Source: Candidatus Micrarchaeota archaeon (GTDB lineage: Archaea > Micrarchaeota > Micrarchaeia > Micrarchaeales > CABMGC01). Taken from it: a stretch of DNA of 39,053 bases. The stretch spans positions 1 to 39,053 of the forward strand of contig JAJZJV010000003.1 in the NCBI GenBank assembly GCA_021809925.1, in the 5' to 3' direction. Within the stretch, counting starts at the first letter, position 1, and every line of letters starts with the position of its first letter. The notes under the pieces were generated by a model that saw nothing but the letters and a program-made list of their open reading frames with translations, had not been told where the DNA came from and made no database searches. Shown here one piece after another: positions 9,838 through 18,381 of this stretch. Both the position numbers and the translations under genes were made by a program.

Positions 9838-10611
9838 CTAAAACACAGCCCTTATAATTCTAATCCCCATCTCCAAACCCGCTAGCTGCTCTGGCAATAT
9901 GCATATATCTGATCCCGCCCTTATCATCTTCCTTCTGGTTTCTTCGGTTGTTGCTCTTGATATTATCTTTATATTTTGGTTAAGATGCCTTGCTGTTATA
10001 ATTCCTATCACATTATCCATGTCTGATAACGATGTGAAAACTATCGCCTTTGCCTTTGTAATAGATGCTGACTTCAGAACATCATTCTCTGTGAATCTTC
10101 TTCCTATGACTGGAAATCTTACACTATTCAAGGAAGGCGTATTCTGCGCATTCGGCTCTATGACTATGAATTTTTCCTTTTTCCTGTAAAGTTCGGCTGC
10201 AAGATTCTCCGAGATTCCACCATATCCGCATATTATTACATGACCATCCATATGCCTGACAGCTATCCTATTGAGATATTCCTCTATGTTGGAATAAACA
10301 GCCAGGTCTATGACTGCTGCAACAATGAAGCTGATTATCAGCATTCTGCTAAGATTATCTATTATCTCAAGCCCGATGATCGATGCTTCTGTATAAACAG
10401 ACCCCGTCGAAGCAAGGGAAGCTATCACTATGTCTGCATTCGATATCGGGTCTGCGAAGAAGACCCTGAGCGTATAATAAGCGCTCAAGTACGCATTGTC
10501 AGTTATCCGCCATATGCCTATCGTGGATATCGCTATTATTGACAATCCTATTATTAATGTTAATATGAGCACATTCCCTGTTTCTTCACCGTCGTCTGGG
10601 TATGACTGCAT
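9838..10611 (-). CDS. membrane protein with C-terminal RCK/TrkA-N domain (channel-like, no canonical K+ filter)
   Basis: 257-aa ORF. TM helices are followed by HVIICGYGGISENLA (GxGxxG). The pore-helix-like segment SAYYTLRVFFADPIS lacks TVGYGD. Confidence 0.75.
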   Translation of the reverse strand: MQSYPDDGEETGNVLILTLIIGLSIIAISTIGIWRITDNAYLSAYYTLRVFFADPISNADIVIASLASTGSVYTEASIIGLEIIDNLSRMLIISFIVAAVIDLAVYSNIEEYLNRIAVRHMDGHVIICGYGGISENLAAELYRKKEKFIVIEPNAQNTPSLNSVRFPVIGRRFTENDVLKSASITKAKAIVFTSLSDMDNVIGIITARHLNQNIKIISRATTEETRRKMIRAGSDICILPEQLAGLEMGIRIIRAVF

Positions 10612-10616
10612 CTTTA

Positions 10617-11066
10617 TCAGCTCAGGCCAGAAAGCTCCCGCAGTATCTCATCGCTCACAGATTTGTTCGGCGTGGCCACGAAATTCGCTCCAGCATCTTC
10701 GAGCTTGCTTTTTATGAACTCGTCGTTTGCCCTTGTTACTACAACTATCTTCTCATTCAGGCTCTTTGCTGTTATCAATGCGAAGAGGTTTTTCGCATCG
10801 TCGTCCATAGCTATTGCTATCGCCTTTGCATCTCCTATCCATGCTTTTTCAAGCGTACTTGAGGAAGTTGCATCCCCATGTACGCACTCTATTTTCTTCT
10901 CTTCAATTTCTTTTATCTTGTTTGGATCTATCTCTATGACAACAAACCTTATCCCATGCTGCATGAGTATCTCTACTATCTTTTCTCCAGCAAGCCCGTA
11001 TCCGCACACAATAACATGGTTCTTTGGATGATCTTCCATGAAACCTGATGGATAATCATAAATCAA
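10617..11066 (-). CDS. soluble RCK/TrkA-N domain protein
   Basis: 149-aa ORF with HVIVCGYGLAGEKIVE (GxGxxG), VVIEID and GDATS, as in NAD-binding TrkA-N domains. Confidence 0.8.
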   Translation of the reverse strand: MIYDYPSGFMEDHPKNHVIVCGYGLAGEKIVEILMQHGIRFVVIEIDPNKIKEIEEKKIECVHGDATSSSTLEKAWIGDAKAIAIAMDDDAKNLFALITAKSLNEKIVVVTRANDEFIKSKLEDAGANFVATPNKSVSDEILRELSGLS

Positions 11067-11213
11067 AGATTTAAGTCTTGCTATATTGTCTAAGTTCTTA
11101 GTGTCTGCAATATCCCTTGGAAAACCGATAAAGATTCTCTATAGATACAGGCACACTGCCACCGTTTACTGACAATGCATGTAGGAATAGCAGCAGAGCA
11201 GCCTGCTCAAAAC

Positions 11214-11621
11214 TCAACTAACGGTGTCTCCTGTTCCTGTTATGCTTTTATTCAGAATAGATACATTCTCTGCATGAATAGTATCATAATTGCCAGAGAC
11301 ATAAAGATCTATCTTTCCATTCACAATCGTTATCACATTGTCATGCCCAATTATGTCAACCGGAACGATATGGGTGGTGTTGATGATCATCGTTATGCTT
11401 TTGTAATTTGTTACGACAGAGACTGTCTGATTGCCCAACACGAGCGTCTGGTTTTGGGAGCTGTCGTTTACTGCTACTGTCTTATTTATTGCTGGCTGCA
11501 CCACACTTCTTCCGGAAAACAGCACAAAATACCCTCCTATTATTATCGCTATAATAATTACAGCTACTACAAAAAAGGCATTGCCTCTTTTCTTAGTCTT
11601 ATCCGCTCGCATAAGCCTCAC
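11214..11621 (-). CDS. small membrane-anchored, sequon-rich extracellular protein (possible class III/pilin-like signal peptide)
   Basis: 135-aa ORF. A basic N-terminus (KTKKRG) is followed by a 20-aa hydrophobic stretch. There are seven N-x-S/T sequons. The C-terminal repeats (DNVITIVNG..DLYVSGNYD) are beta-helix-like. Confidence 0.5.
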   Translation of the reverse strand: MRLMRADKTKKRGNAFFVVAVIIIAIIIGGYFVLFSGRSVVQPAINKTVAVNDSSQNQTLVLGNQTVSVVTNYKSITMIINTTHIVPVDIIGHDNVITIVNGKIDLYVSGNYDTIHAENVSILNKSITGTGDTVS

Positions 11622-11690
11622 ACATTATCGCACTTACTTCACTAGAAACAGAAATAAAAACCCATACTATAACTGAATTTTTAGAAATAA

Positions 11691-11785
11691 TAGCTCCAGC
11701 CAGATTCGAACTGGCGTCAACGGGTTCAGAACCCGTTATCCTTATATGTCTGCATTGGATGCAGAGACCACTAGACGATGGAGCT
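11691..11785 (-). tRNA. tRNA-Gln (anticodon CUG) with a ~22-nt intron in the D-arm region
   Basis: Reverse complement: AGCUCCA UC GUCU AGUGGU[CUCUGCAUCCAAUGCAGACAUAU]AA GGAU A ACGGG UUCUGAA CCCGU UGAC GCCAG UUCGAAU CUGGC UGGAGCU A. The acceptor stem (7 bp), anticodon stem (5 bp) and T-arm are all perfect. The extra sequence contains a 7-bp hairpin. Confidence 0.85.
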
Positions 11786-11864
11786 GTGCATATGCTTTAC
11801 TTTAAATATATATTAATACCTTTTCCTATTAAAGATAATCTTATTAAAAAAATAATTGGTACTA

Positions 11865-12599
11865 ATGGCCCATAATTTCAGGGATCACATCCGTTTCTCT
11901 GACGAGCTCAAGGACATACTTATAGCGGACTTAGCTCTTGCTCTCGCATTCGCAATCATGAGCGTTGGTGGGATATTTGGGGGGAGCGCTTCAGGAATAA
12001 CGATACTGCTTCTTCTTCCAATAACACTATTCGCCACAACTTTGGTATTTGTCCTTCATGAGCTGATGCATAAATTTGTAGCTCAGAAATTTGGGGCAGT
12101 AGCTGCATTCCGAAGATCCGACACCGGGATCATGATCGCATTAATAACGAGTTTCTTCGGATTCCTTCTAGCGCTCCCCGGCGCAACTTATATCTATACC
12201 AATTCCTTTACCAAGAAGGAGAACGGATACGTCTCGCTAGCCGGCCCGCTTACGAACTTTATAATCTTTATAATATTTTATATATTAAACATCGCATTCT
12301 TCATCAATGTCCATATTCATCTATCAAATCTTACCTTAACAACATATGCCGCACTCGCAGTCCAAACCACGATGTTCATAAGCATACTTCTTGCATTTTA
12401 CAACATGCTCCCGATATATCCTTTGGACGGAAGCAAGATACTCGCATGGAATAAGTCTGTGTATGCAATCCTGATAGTTGCAACCTTTGTCTCTCTAACA
12501 ATATTCATACCTCTCTCGCAGCTAATACTTCTAGTAATCTTTATGCTAATCTTTTCTTTCTTCATATCCTCATCGTACAGGAACATCCTGCAAAGGTAA
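11865..12599 (+). CDS. site-2 protease (M50 family) zinc metalloprotease
   Basis: Polytopic membrane ORF with HELMH (HExxH) in a TM helix and the NMLPIYPLDGSKI motif (NxxPxxxLDG). ATG at 11865 is preferred over the TTG at 11856 used by the ORF track. Confidence 0.85.
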   Translation: MAHNFRDHIRFSDELKDILIADLALALAFAIMSVGGIFGGSASGITILLLLPITLFATTLVFVLHELMHKFVAQKFGAVAAFRRSDTGIMIALITSFFGFLLALPGATYIYTNSFTKKENGYVSLAGPLTNFIIFIIFYILNIAFFINVHIHLSNLTLTTYAALAVQTTMFISILLAFYNMLPIYPLDGSKILAWNKSVYAILIVATFVSLTIFIPLSQLILLVIFMLIFSFFISSSYRNILQR

Positions 12600-12611
12600 G
12601 CGTTGTCTCAA

Positions 12612-13673
12612 ATGGAAACTCTTTCATTACTAATATTCTCAAGAAACGACATAAAGAACCTCTTGAGTCTAATACAAGATATTTATGATATCACAAACGA
12701 TATCGTAGTGATTGATTCAAGCGACAAGAACGAAAGGAAATTTTTGGATAAAGAAAAATCCCGTCTTAAGCTACACAAGGTCCGCGTATTCCATGTTGTT
12801 GCAATAGGACTAGCAGAAGTACTTAGGCCTTACGGCTTCTCAAAATGCAAAAACGAGTGGGTACTAACAATAGATACCGATGAGAGGATAAACGAGGACC
12901 TCAAGCGAGGCATAATTGCTATAATAAACGAGAATTCATCTGATGGTTTTGCCATAAAAAGATACGAAGAAGCATCAAAGTCTGGGGTCACGTCTTTCTT
13001 TACTTGGCAGATACGTCTGGTTAAAAAGAGCAAAACCCTATACAAAGGAGAATTGCATGAGCAACCAAAGATTGATGGGAAATTATCAAGATTACCAGAA
13101 AATTATTGTATGCTTCATATGCAGGAGCTAAGAAGAGGCTCCCTCTCAGACTATCCCCAATTAGAGATTTTCGAACGGCTCTCGTATTCCATGTACAATA
13201 AAAAAACTCTTGAATATCTATCAAGGTTGATTATGCCGGGCAATAAAGACATAGGAACATCCTTCTCTGGGAAATTAATAAGATCAATTCTTCTTGGATA
13301 CGAGAGGATTACTTTAAGAAAGCCTGATAAAGAGATATCTAATTTTGATTATTTTGTCTTCAATTTTATGCGAGACCTAGCCTATCTGATAAAACAAAAT
13401 GATGCCAAAGGAATATTGCATTTATTCTCCAGAGAGCTTAACAGGGTTAATCATATTAATGACCTGAAAAAAAGAGCAGATGGCAATGAAAACTTCGAGA
13501 TATCAAAAATTATCGATGATGTTGGCATAATAAAGATGCTCGAACTCCAAGATGAAAAGACCATTCTGCGGCTTAATAAAGCGTTTATGAACAAACCCCA
13601 AGGAATCAATCTTTTGATACAATTGATAAAGGGCGCGTATCAATCACGTTACAGCGACAGCATTAAAAATTAG
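12612..13673 (+). CDS. family-2 glycosyltransferase with a C-terminal extension
   Basis: LSLLIFSRND..VVIDSSD and TIDTDERI (DxD), followed by FTWQIRLVKK..GELHE. This matches the GT2 pattern. Start is ATG at 12612 or TTG at 12603. Confidence 0.75.
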   Translation: METLSLLIFSRNDIKNLLSLIQDIYDITNDIVVIDSSDKNERKFLDKEKSRLKLHKVRVFHVVAIGLAEVLRPYGFSKCKNEWVLTIDTDERINEDLKRGIIAIINENSSDGFAIKRYEEASKSGVTSFFTWQIRLVKKSKTLYKGELHEQPKIDGKLSRLPENYCMLHMQELRRGSLSDYPQLEIFERLSYSMYNKKTLEYLSRLIMPGNKDIGTSFSGKLIRSILLGYERITLRKPDKEISNFDYFVFNFMRDLAYLIKQNDAKGILHLFSRELNRVNHINDLKKRADGNENFEISKIIDDVGIIKMLELQDEKTILRLNKAFMNKPQGINLLIQLIKGAYQSRYSDSIKN

Positions 13674-14662
13674 CCTTTTTCCATTGTTAGCTTATTTCTC
13701 TTCATTGATGGATATATCATAATCTTTATTACAGGATCTGGTATTCTTATCAACACGCTTAAAACAGACTTCTCAGCAATGTTCATTGCAGTATTCTTAC
13801 CTATAAGCTCCTTATAAAAGCGTATTTTATCTGGGTTTTGTATTTTATTTATACAGGCTATTCCAACCATGCTATATACTGGAAGTGTTCCGACATGTTT
13901 TAGAATAGAATCAGAATAAAGCGACCTCAACTCCTCAAGAGCTTTTGGAAATGAATACATCCAGATTTCAAATTCTTTTCCACCAAGATTCGACAAATTC
14001 CTATATTTGATAAGAGGCTCTGAGATAAATTTTCCCCGTTTTCCAACAATGCTCCTAAAGAATAATGTCATATGGAGGTAATCTTTGTTTGATAGGTCTT
14101 CGCTCTTAATCTTACTGAACTCTTCTTTAAGATACTCTCCTCTTGTTATTATCGACCCCATGAATCCGGCATAGCCATCAGTTGCATTTACCAATACCTT
14201 CTCATGCTCACCTTGAAGATACACTTTATCTTTACTTTCCTTAATCTTTCGTTCTATGAGTATCTTAGAAAAATCATTGTTCCATATCTCAGAGTTTATC
14301 TGAAGAAAGTCATAATCCGATATTTCCTTGACTATCTTGTCTACCGCACCTTCTTTCATCAGATCGTCATCTCCGAAGAGCCAGACAAACTCTGTATTTA
14401 TCATAGCAAGCAAGCTTACCAGGTTGGCTGCATAGGTGTTCCCAAGTCCAGAATCATTCTTTTTATAATAGATATCTGCATACTCTTCCTTTAGCTGTTT
14501 TATCAAAGCTTCGGTCTCGCCTCCCTTGCTATTATCTGAAATAAATACAGGGAAGCCGTAGTTCTTCAACTGCGGCATGATACTTCTAAGGCATTCTTCA
14601 AGCCTCTCTCGCCTATTATATGTGGGTATGTAAATTCCTAATTTCCTTTGCAAATCTATCAC
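13670..14662 (-). CDS. family-2 glycosyltransferase (paralog of 16057-17013)
   Basis: 330-aa ORF with IYIPTYNRRERLEECLRSI, VFISDNS and LFGDDD. It shares the motif FLQINSEIWNNDFSK with the other GT2 (FLIINSEIWNKDMSK). Confidence 0.8.
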   Translation of the reverse strand: MIDLQRKLGIYIPTYNRRERLEECLRSIMPQLKNYGFPVFISDNSKGGETEALIKQLKEEYADIYYKKNDSGLGNTYAANLVSLLAMINTEFVWLFGDDDLMKEGAVDKIVKEISDYDFLQINSEIWNNDFSKILIERKIKESKDKVYLQGEHEKVLVNATDGYAGFMGSIITRGEYLKEEFSKIKSEDLSNKDYLHMTLFFRSIVGKRGKFISEPLIKYRNLSNLGGKEFEIWMYSFPKALEELRSLYSDSILKHVGTLPVYSMVGIACINKIQNPDKIRFYKELIGKNTAMNIAEKSVLSVLIRIPDPVIKIMIYPSMKRNKLTMEKG

Positions 14663-14684
14663 TTATAGCAACTCTGATTAATAA

Positions 14685-14726
14685 CTGAACTTTGTTTACG
14701 TCGTAAAGTTCATCTGAAAAGTTCAG
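14685..14726. repeat. overlapping small hairpins upstream of the tnpA relic (possible IS200/IS605 left-end structure)
   Basis: CTGAACTTT ... AAAGTTC ... CTGAAAAGTTCAG. GAACTTT/AAAGTTC form a 7-bp stem, and there is a second CTGAA/TTCAG stem. Confidence 0.3.
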
Positions 14727-14885
14727 ATATTTAACAAATCAGCTATTATAACTCAATATCTTTTCCAGTAATAAAATAAATTTATATTTAATTGCATTGT
14801 TGAATAATTCCACTACTCATCTCTCCGAAAAAGGTTAATATCCTTTCGATTTTTTGTCATAAATGACGATTAGATGTGTAGGGAT

Positions 14886-15255
14886 GGATGAGATACCGCT
14901 AGCTTGCCGCGGAGGAACTCGCCTGTGCTTAGGGTTTATAAGGGACGAAGCCCCTTATCTCATACAGATTCTTCTGCAAATCGCTTCAGGAAAGGGATAG
15001 TCGTCCATAAGATAGTTGTGGACGAAGATTCTGTCCACATGTTCCTCTCAATAAGACTGTGGATGTCAGTATCATAGGCACCGCAATATCCAAAGGGAAT
15101 CTCTCCGTACAAAATTTTCAGGGCGTATTCTGAATTTTGAGAAAAACTCTTCAGGAATGGGGTTTCTGGAGTCTGGGACATTTTTCAAGGAGTGTCAACA
15201 ACTTAACTGCAGAAACAGCGGAACGTTACATTAACAGGCACAAATACCCGAAATA
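14886..15255 (+). pseudogene. tnpA: IS200/IS605-family TnpA (Y1/HUH transposase) relic, disrupted by stops and frameshifts
   Basis: Pieces spread over three frames: ..ILLQIASGKG*, IVVHKIVVDEDSVHMFLSI (the HUH region, with the first His replaced by Ser), YPKGISPYKIFRAYSEF*, and WGFWSLGHFSRSVNNLTAETAERYI (equivalent to LWSpsYF..tvG......YI). Confidence 0.6.
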
Positions 15256-15302
15256 TGTTCCAGGGACAGGTCGCCAGTCAACTCTGGGAGCTTCACAAGA
15301 AG

Positions 15303-15322
15303 CCTCGGACCGAAGTCCGAGG
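15303..15322. repeat. perfect 8-bp stem hairpin just after the tnpA relic (possible IS200/IS605 right-end hairpin)
   Basis: CCTCGGAC-CGAA-GTCCGAGG. Confidence 0.4.
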
Positions 15323-15334
15323 TGATTCACGAAT

Positions 15335-16069
15335 TTACGAAGTCCATATAATACCACTACTACTATTTGCATCATATTGTTTTGTCTTAACGTTAAATCC
15401 TGCACTTATAAGGCATTTGGAGAGTGCATCAAATCCTCGTCTATGGTAATCTATACTTATTTGTTTTAGCTCTTTTAATTCTTCTATTGGTGTATTAAGG
15501 AATATATCATATTCTGAACCTTCACAATCCGATTTAATTATATCCGGATGATATTGTCTAATCACTTCACTCAACGTTGTCTGTTTAGTTTCAATTCCGT
15601 CTGCGGTCTCAGATAATGTTTGTGAACCATTAGTGTATCCATCTGAAAGAGTCATTTTCTTATTTTCCATCCCTATTGCTTCACGTTTAAGAATTATCTT
15701 ATCTTGCATATTATTCAGTCGAATATTCTCTTCTGCGCGATTATATTGATACAGATAAGGCTCATAAGCAATAACTTTTTTGGCTCCTTTATATGCAAAC
15801 AACAATGCCGTATCTCCAATGTTTGCACCAATGTCTAATACTACTTTATTTTTGACATCCAGAAAGTCATATTGCCCATCAAAGAAGTTCTCTCGTAATA
15901 CATAACTGTCATATGCCAAATCTTTTATTGTATCAAATCTAAAACGCATGCCATATTCACGCAACACACCAATACTTGGTATAAATGGCAAGATATACCA
16001 ATTCTCAAAATAACGATAATTAACAGAAATATTTCGCATACCCCACGCAAAACCTCTTATAGAGACCAT
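15335..16069 (-). CDS. FkbM-family SAM-dependent methyltransferase
   Basis: 244-aa ORF with VLDIGANIGDTALLFA (SAM motif I), AYEP, and IKSDCEGSEYDI, which is typical of the FkbM family. Confidence 0.8.
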   Translation of the reverse strand: MVSIRGFAWGMRNISVNYRYFENWYILPFIPSIGVLREYGMRFRFDTIKDLAYDSYVLRENFFDGQYDFLDVKNKVVLDIGANIGDTALLFAYKGAKKVIAYEPYLYQYNRAEENIRLNNMQDKIILKREAIGMENKKMTLSDGYTNGSQTLSETADGIETKQTTLSEVIRQYHPDIIKSDCEGSEYDIFLNTPIEELKELKQISIDYHRRGFDALSKCLISAGFNVKTKQYDANSSSGIIWTS

Positions 16070-17013
16070 CTTATCACAATAATTTTTTTATACATAAATG
16101 TTATTATATCAAGAATCCCCACCGGAAGCAGTGCAGCAAATGTAATTATCAATTTTTTTATGTTATCTTCTTTTAATTGATTAATATATTTAATATAATA
16201 ACTAAAAGGGTGTCTTTTTGCTTTTTTCGAAGCTCTTATTGCTCTAACATACTCTACAATTGGTAATTTGGGTGTTTTAGAATAACCTTTAAGCATAGCA
16301 AATACTTCATGCGATTGTATATATATTAAATCCATAATTCTACTATCCCAACTTCCGTTTTCGCCACGTATTTTTAAAAGACACTTCGATATCAACTTAC
16401 CTGTTAGACCTACTATTCCGTTATAAAATAGTAATGTGTGTGGATAGTTCTTGCCTGCATCTGTTCTCAAGGAATCTTTATTAAGTATAAGCTGATCCAT
16501 TATTACATCTCTTCTTATTACCATGCTACCCATATACAAAGAATAGCTGCCAACATCTTTTAATATTTTTTGATGCTCCCCTCTTTTATAAAGGCGATCT
16601 TCGGAGATCTTTAATGTATTATTTCCATTATGTTTTGACATGTCTTTATTCCATATCTCTGAATTTATTATAAGAAAATCATTTCCTAATAGATTACCTA
16701 ATATCTCCTCTATTGCATTCTTCATTGGAACATCATCATCACCCAGGAGCCAAACATATCTACCTGACGACATAACTAATGTTTTCTTGACATTTTCATA
16801 ATATCCAAGATTCTTTGAATTTCTATTATACTTTAAATTTGTGTGATGTTTCTGTAACTCTTTTACAACATTCTCTGTTCTATCTACAGAAGCATTATCA
16901 GATACGCATATTTCAATATTTTCTGAACAGATATTATCAAGTAATTGCACAAGCTCTTCTGCTCTATTGTGCGTGGGTATGCATATTGAAAGCATTGGTC
17001 GAGTCACGAGCAT
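16057..17013 (-). CDS. family-2 glycosyltransferase (paralog of 13670-14662)
   Basis: 318-aa ORF with LSICIPTHNRAEELVQLLDNI, ICVSDNASVDRT and LLGDDD. It overlaps the downstream methyltransferase start by 13 nt. Confidence 0.8.
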   Translation of the reverse strand: MLVTRPMLSICIPTHNRAEELVQLLDNICSENIEICVSDNASVDRTENVVKELQKHHTNLKYNRNSKNLGYYENVKKTLVMSSGRYVWLLGDDDVPMKNAIEEILGNLLGNDFLIINSEIWNKDMSKHNGNNTLKISEDRLYKRGEHQKILKDVGSYSLYMGSMVIRRDVIMDQLILNKDSLRTDAGKNYPHTLLFYNGIVGLTGKLISKCLLKIRGENGSWDSRIMDLIYIQSHEVFAMLKGYSKTPKLPIVEYVRAIRASKKAKRHPFSYYIKYINQLKEDNIKKLIITFAALLPVGILDIITFMYKKIIVIRWSL

Positions 17014-17085
17014 AACCTCATATCCCTCAGAAATATATCGTTATAATGTAAATGTAAATATATATAATTCTATTTTTATCGTACC

Positions 17086-18325
17086 TTAGGGAACTTGACA
17101 TTTACATTCTAACACCTCGTCAAGATCAAACCCCTCACATCACGTACCTTATTGCGTAGGCGAGAAAGACGCGAATCGAGATTTCTTTCATACCTGCTAT
17201 GTCCAATAAATTAGCAACAATAGGTTTACGGTAACCCAACACTTTCTGAGCCACGATTTACATTGTGATGAACATATCCAGTGTGTTTGTCTTCATCACA
17301 ACTTCTTTCTCTACGTTGATTCTCTTCTTTGAGAATACGCATTCTCCGAATTCTCTCTTGTAACGAGAGTAGAATCCTTCAACATCCCATCTTTTCCATG
17401 ACCATTTTCCTTTCTCCATCTGTCTTGCATTGCCTTCTTTTGACGTGCATCTAAGTTACGCAGCCAGTTCGGAGGTCTTCCCCTCGCAGTTTCCTGTAGA
17501 TTCCAAATTGCTCTCTTACTGCATCGCTTCTTGCACTTAATCCCTTCAATGATGCATAGATTTGACAGGCACAATTGCCTCCAATCCGTGCTTCTTGCAA
17601 TATTCAAAATCAGCATTCGTGTCACATGCTCCGTCTGCGTCAACTTTTCCTACAATATTTGAGATAGGATCGACGAGAGGCACGGATTCCCTACGGTCTC
17701 CAACATTGTCTTTTGTTATTATGATGTTCACATCCTCTCCTGTATTCTCATTTACTCCTGCATGAAACTTCGCCCAGGATTTTATCTTTTTGTACTTCTT
17801 CGTCCTATACTCTCCGTAATTAACGAGTTTGAGATCTGTAGAATCAACTGCAATGTTTATTCTCTTCCCATTTGCAGGAACGTTGAACTTCGCTTATTGC
17901 TTTTCCATCTTGTTTATTCTCCATCAAAACGTCCTGAAATCAGGCATCGAGAAGTTTAAGAACCTGCACATGTCCTCAATAAAACCCTGCAGTTGACGAT
18001 ATCCCAAACGAAGCGTGCAATTTATTCCAAAACCTATCTGGATTATTGTATTTGGATACTTGTAGGATCTGCCATGCTTCTTTTTATTCAATTCTATTAC
18101 TTCCTCTTTCCAGTTCAGCCCAGCTTCTTTCAAGAATATGGTTACTATTCTGCCCTTGTTTACCAACTGATGGTTATACAAACCCTAATTCAGATGTTTC
18201 TCGTACATGCTGATCGCAAATAGGTATATACGTCGTGGGTTTTTATGGCCATGGTGTTTAGGAGAAGAAGGATTATTGGACACAGCACACTAGACGGAAA
18301 GATTCTTAATTTGTCAAGTCCCTAA
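17086..18325. mobile_element. IS5-family insertion sequence, decayed (~1.24 kb)
   Basis: Imperfect terminal inverted repeats: TTAGGGAACTTGACA (17086-17100) and TGTCAAGTCCCTAA (18312-18325). They bracket a frameshifted DDE transposase gene. I found no clean target duplication. Confidence 0.65.
17258..18181 (-). pseudogene. IS5-family DDE transposase, broken into at least 4 reading-frame segments
   Basis: N-terminal piece: YNHQLVNKGRIV..GRSYKYPNTII..LGYRQLQGF..MPDFRTF. Middle piece in another frame: IAVDSTDLKL ... VDADGACDTNADFEYCKKHG. C-terminal piece in a third frame: KRWDVEGFYSRYKREFGECVFSKK. Confidence 0.75.
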
Positions 18326-18381
18326 CTATTAATTAAATTATTGTGATCTAACATACTTTTATCGATTCACGGTGCGCAAAT

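Noticed and set aside
11175-11645. 156-aa plus-strand ORF
   Set aside because: It is antisense to the 135-aa membrane-anchored ORF. Its translation is rich in C, Y and H with no domain-like features, so the minus-strand frame is preferred.
17041-17062. AATGTAAATGTAAATATATATA micro-repeat next to the IS5 left end
   Set aside because: It is a short AT-rich low-complexity tract in a promoter-like spacer. It is too short and simple to call a repeat element.
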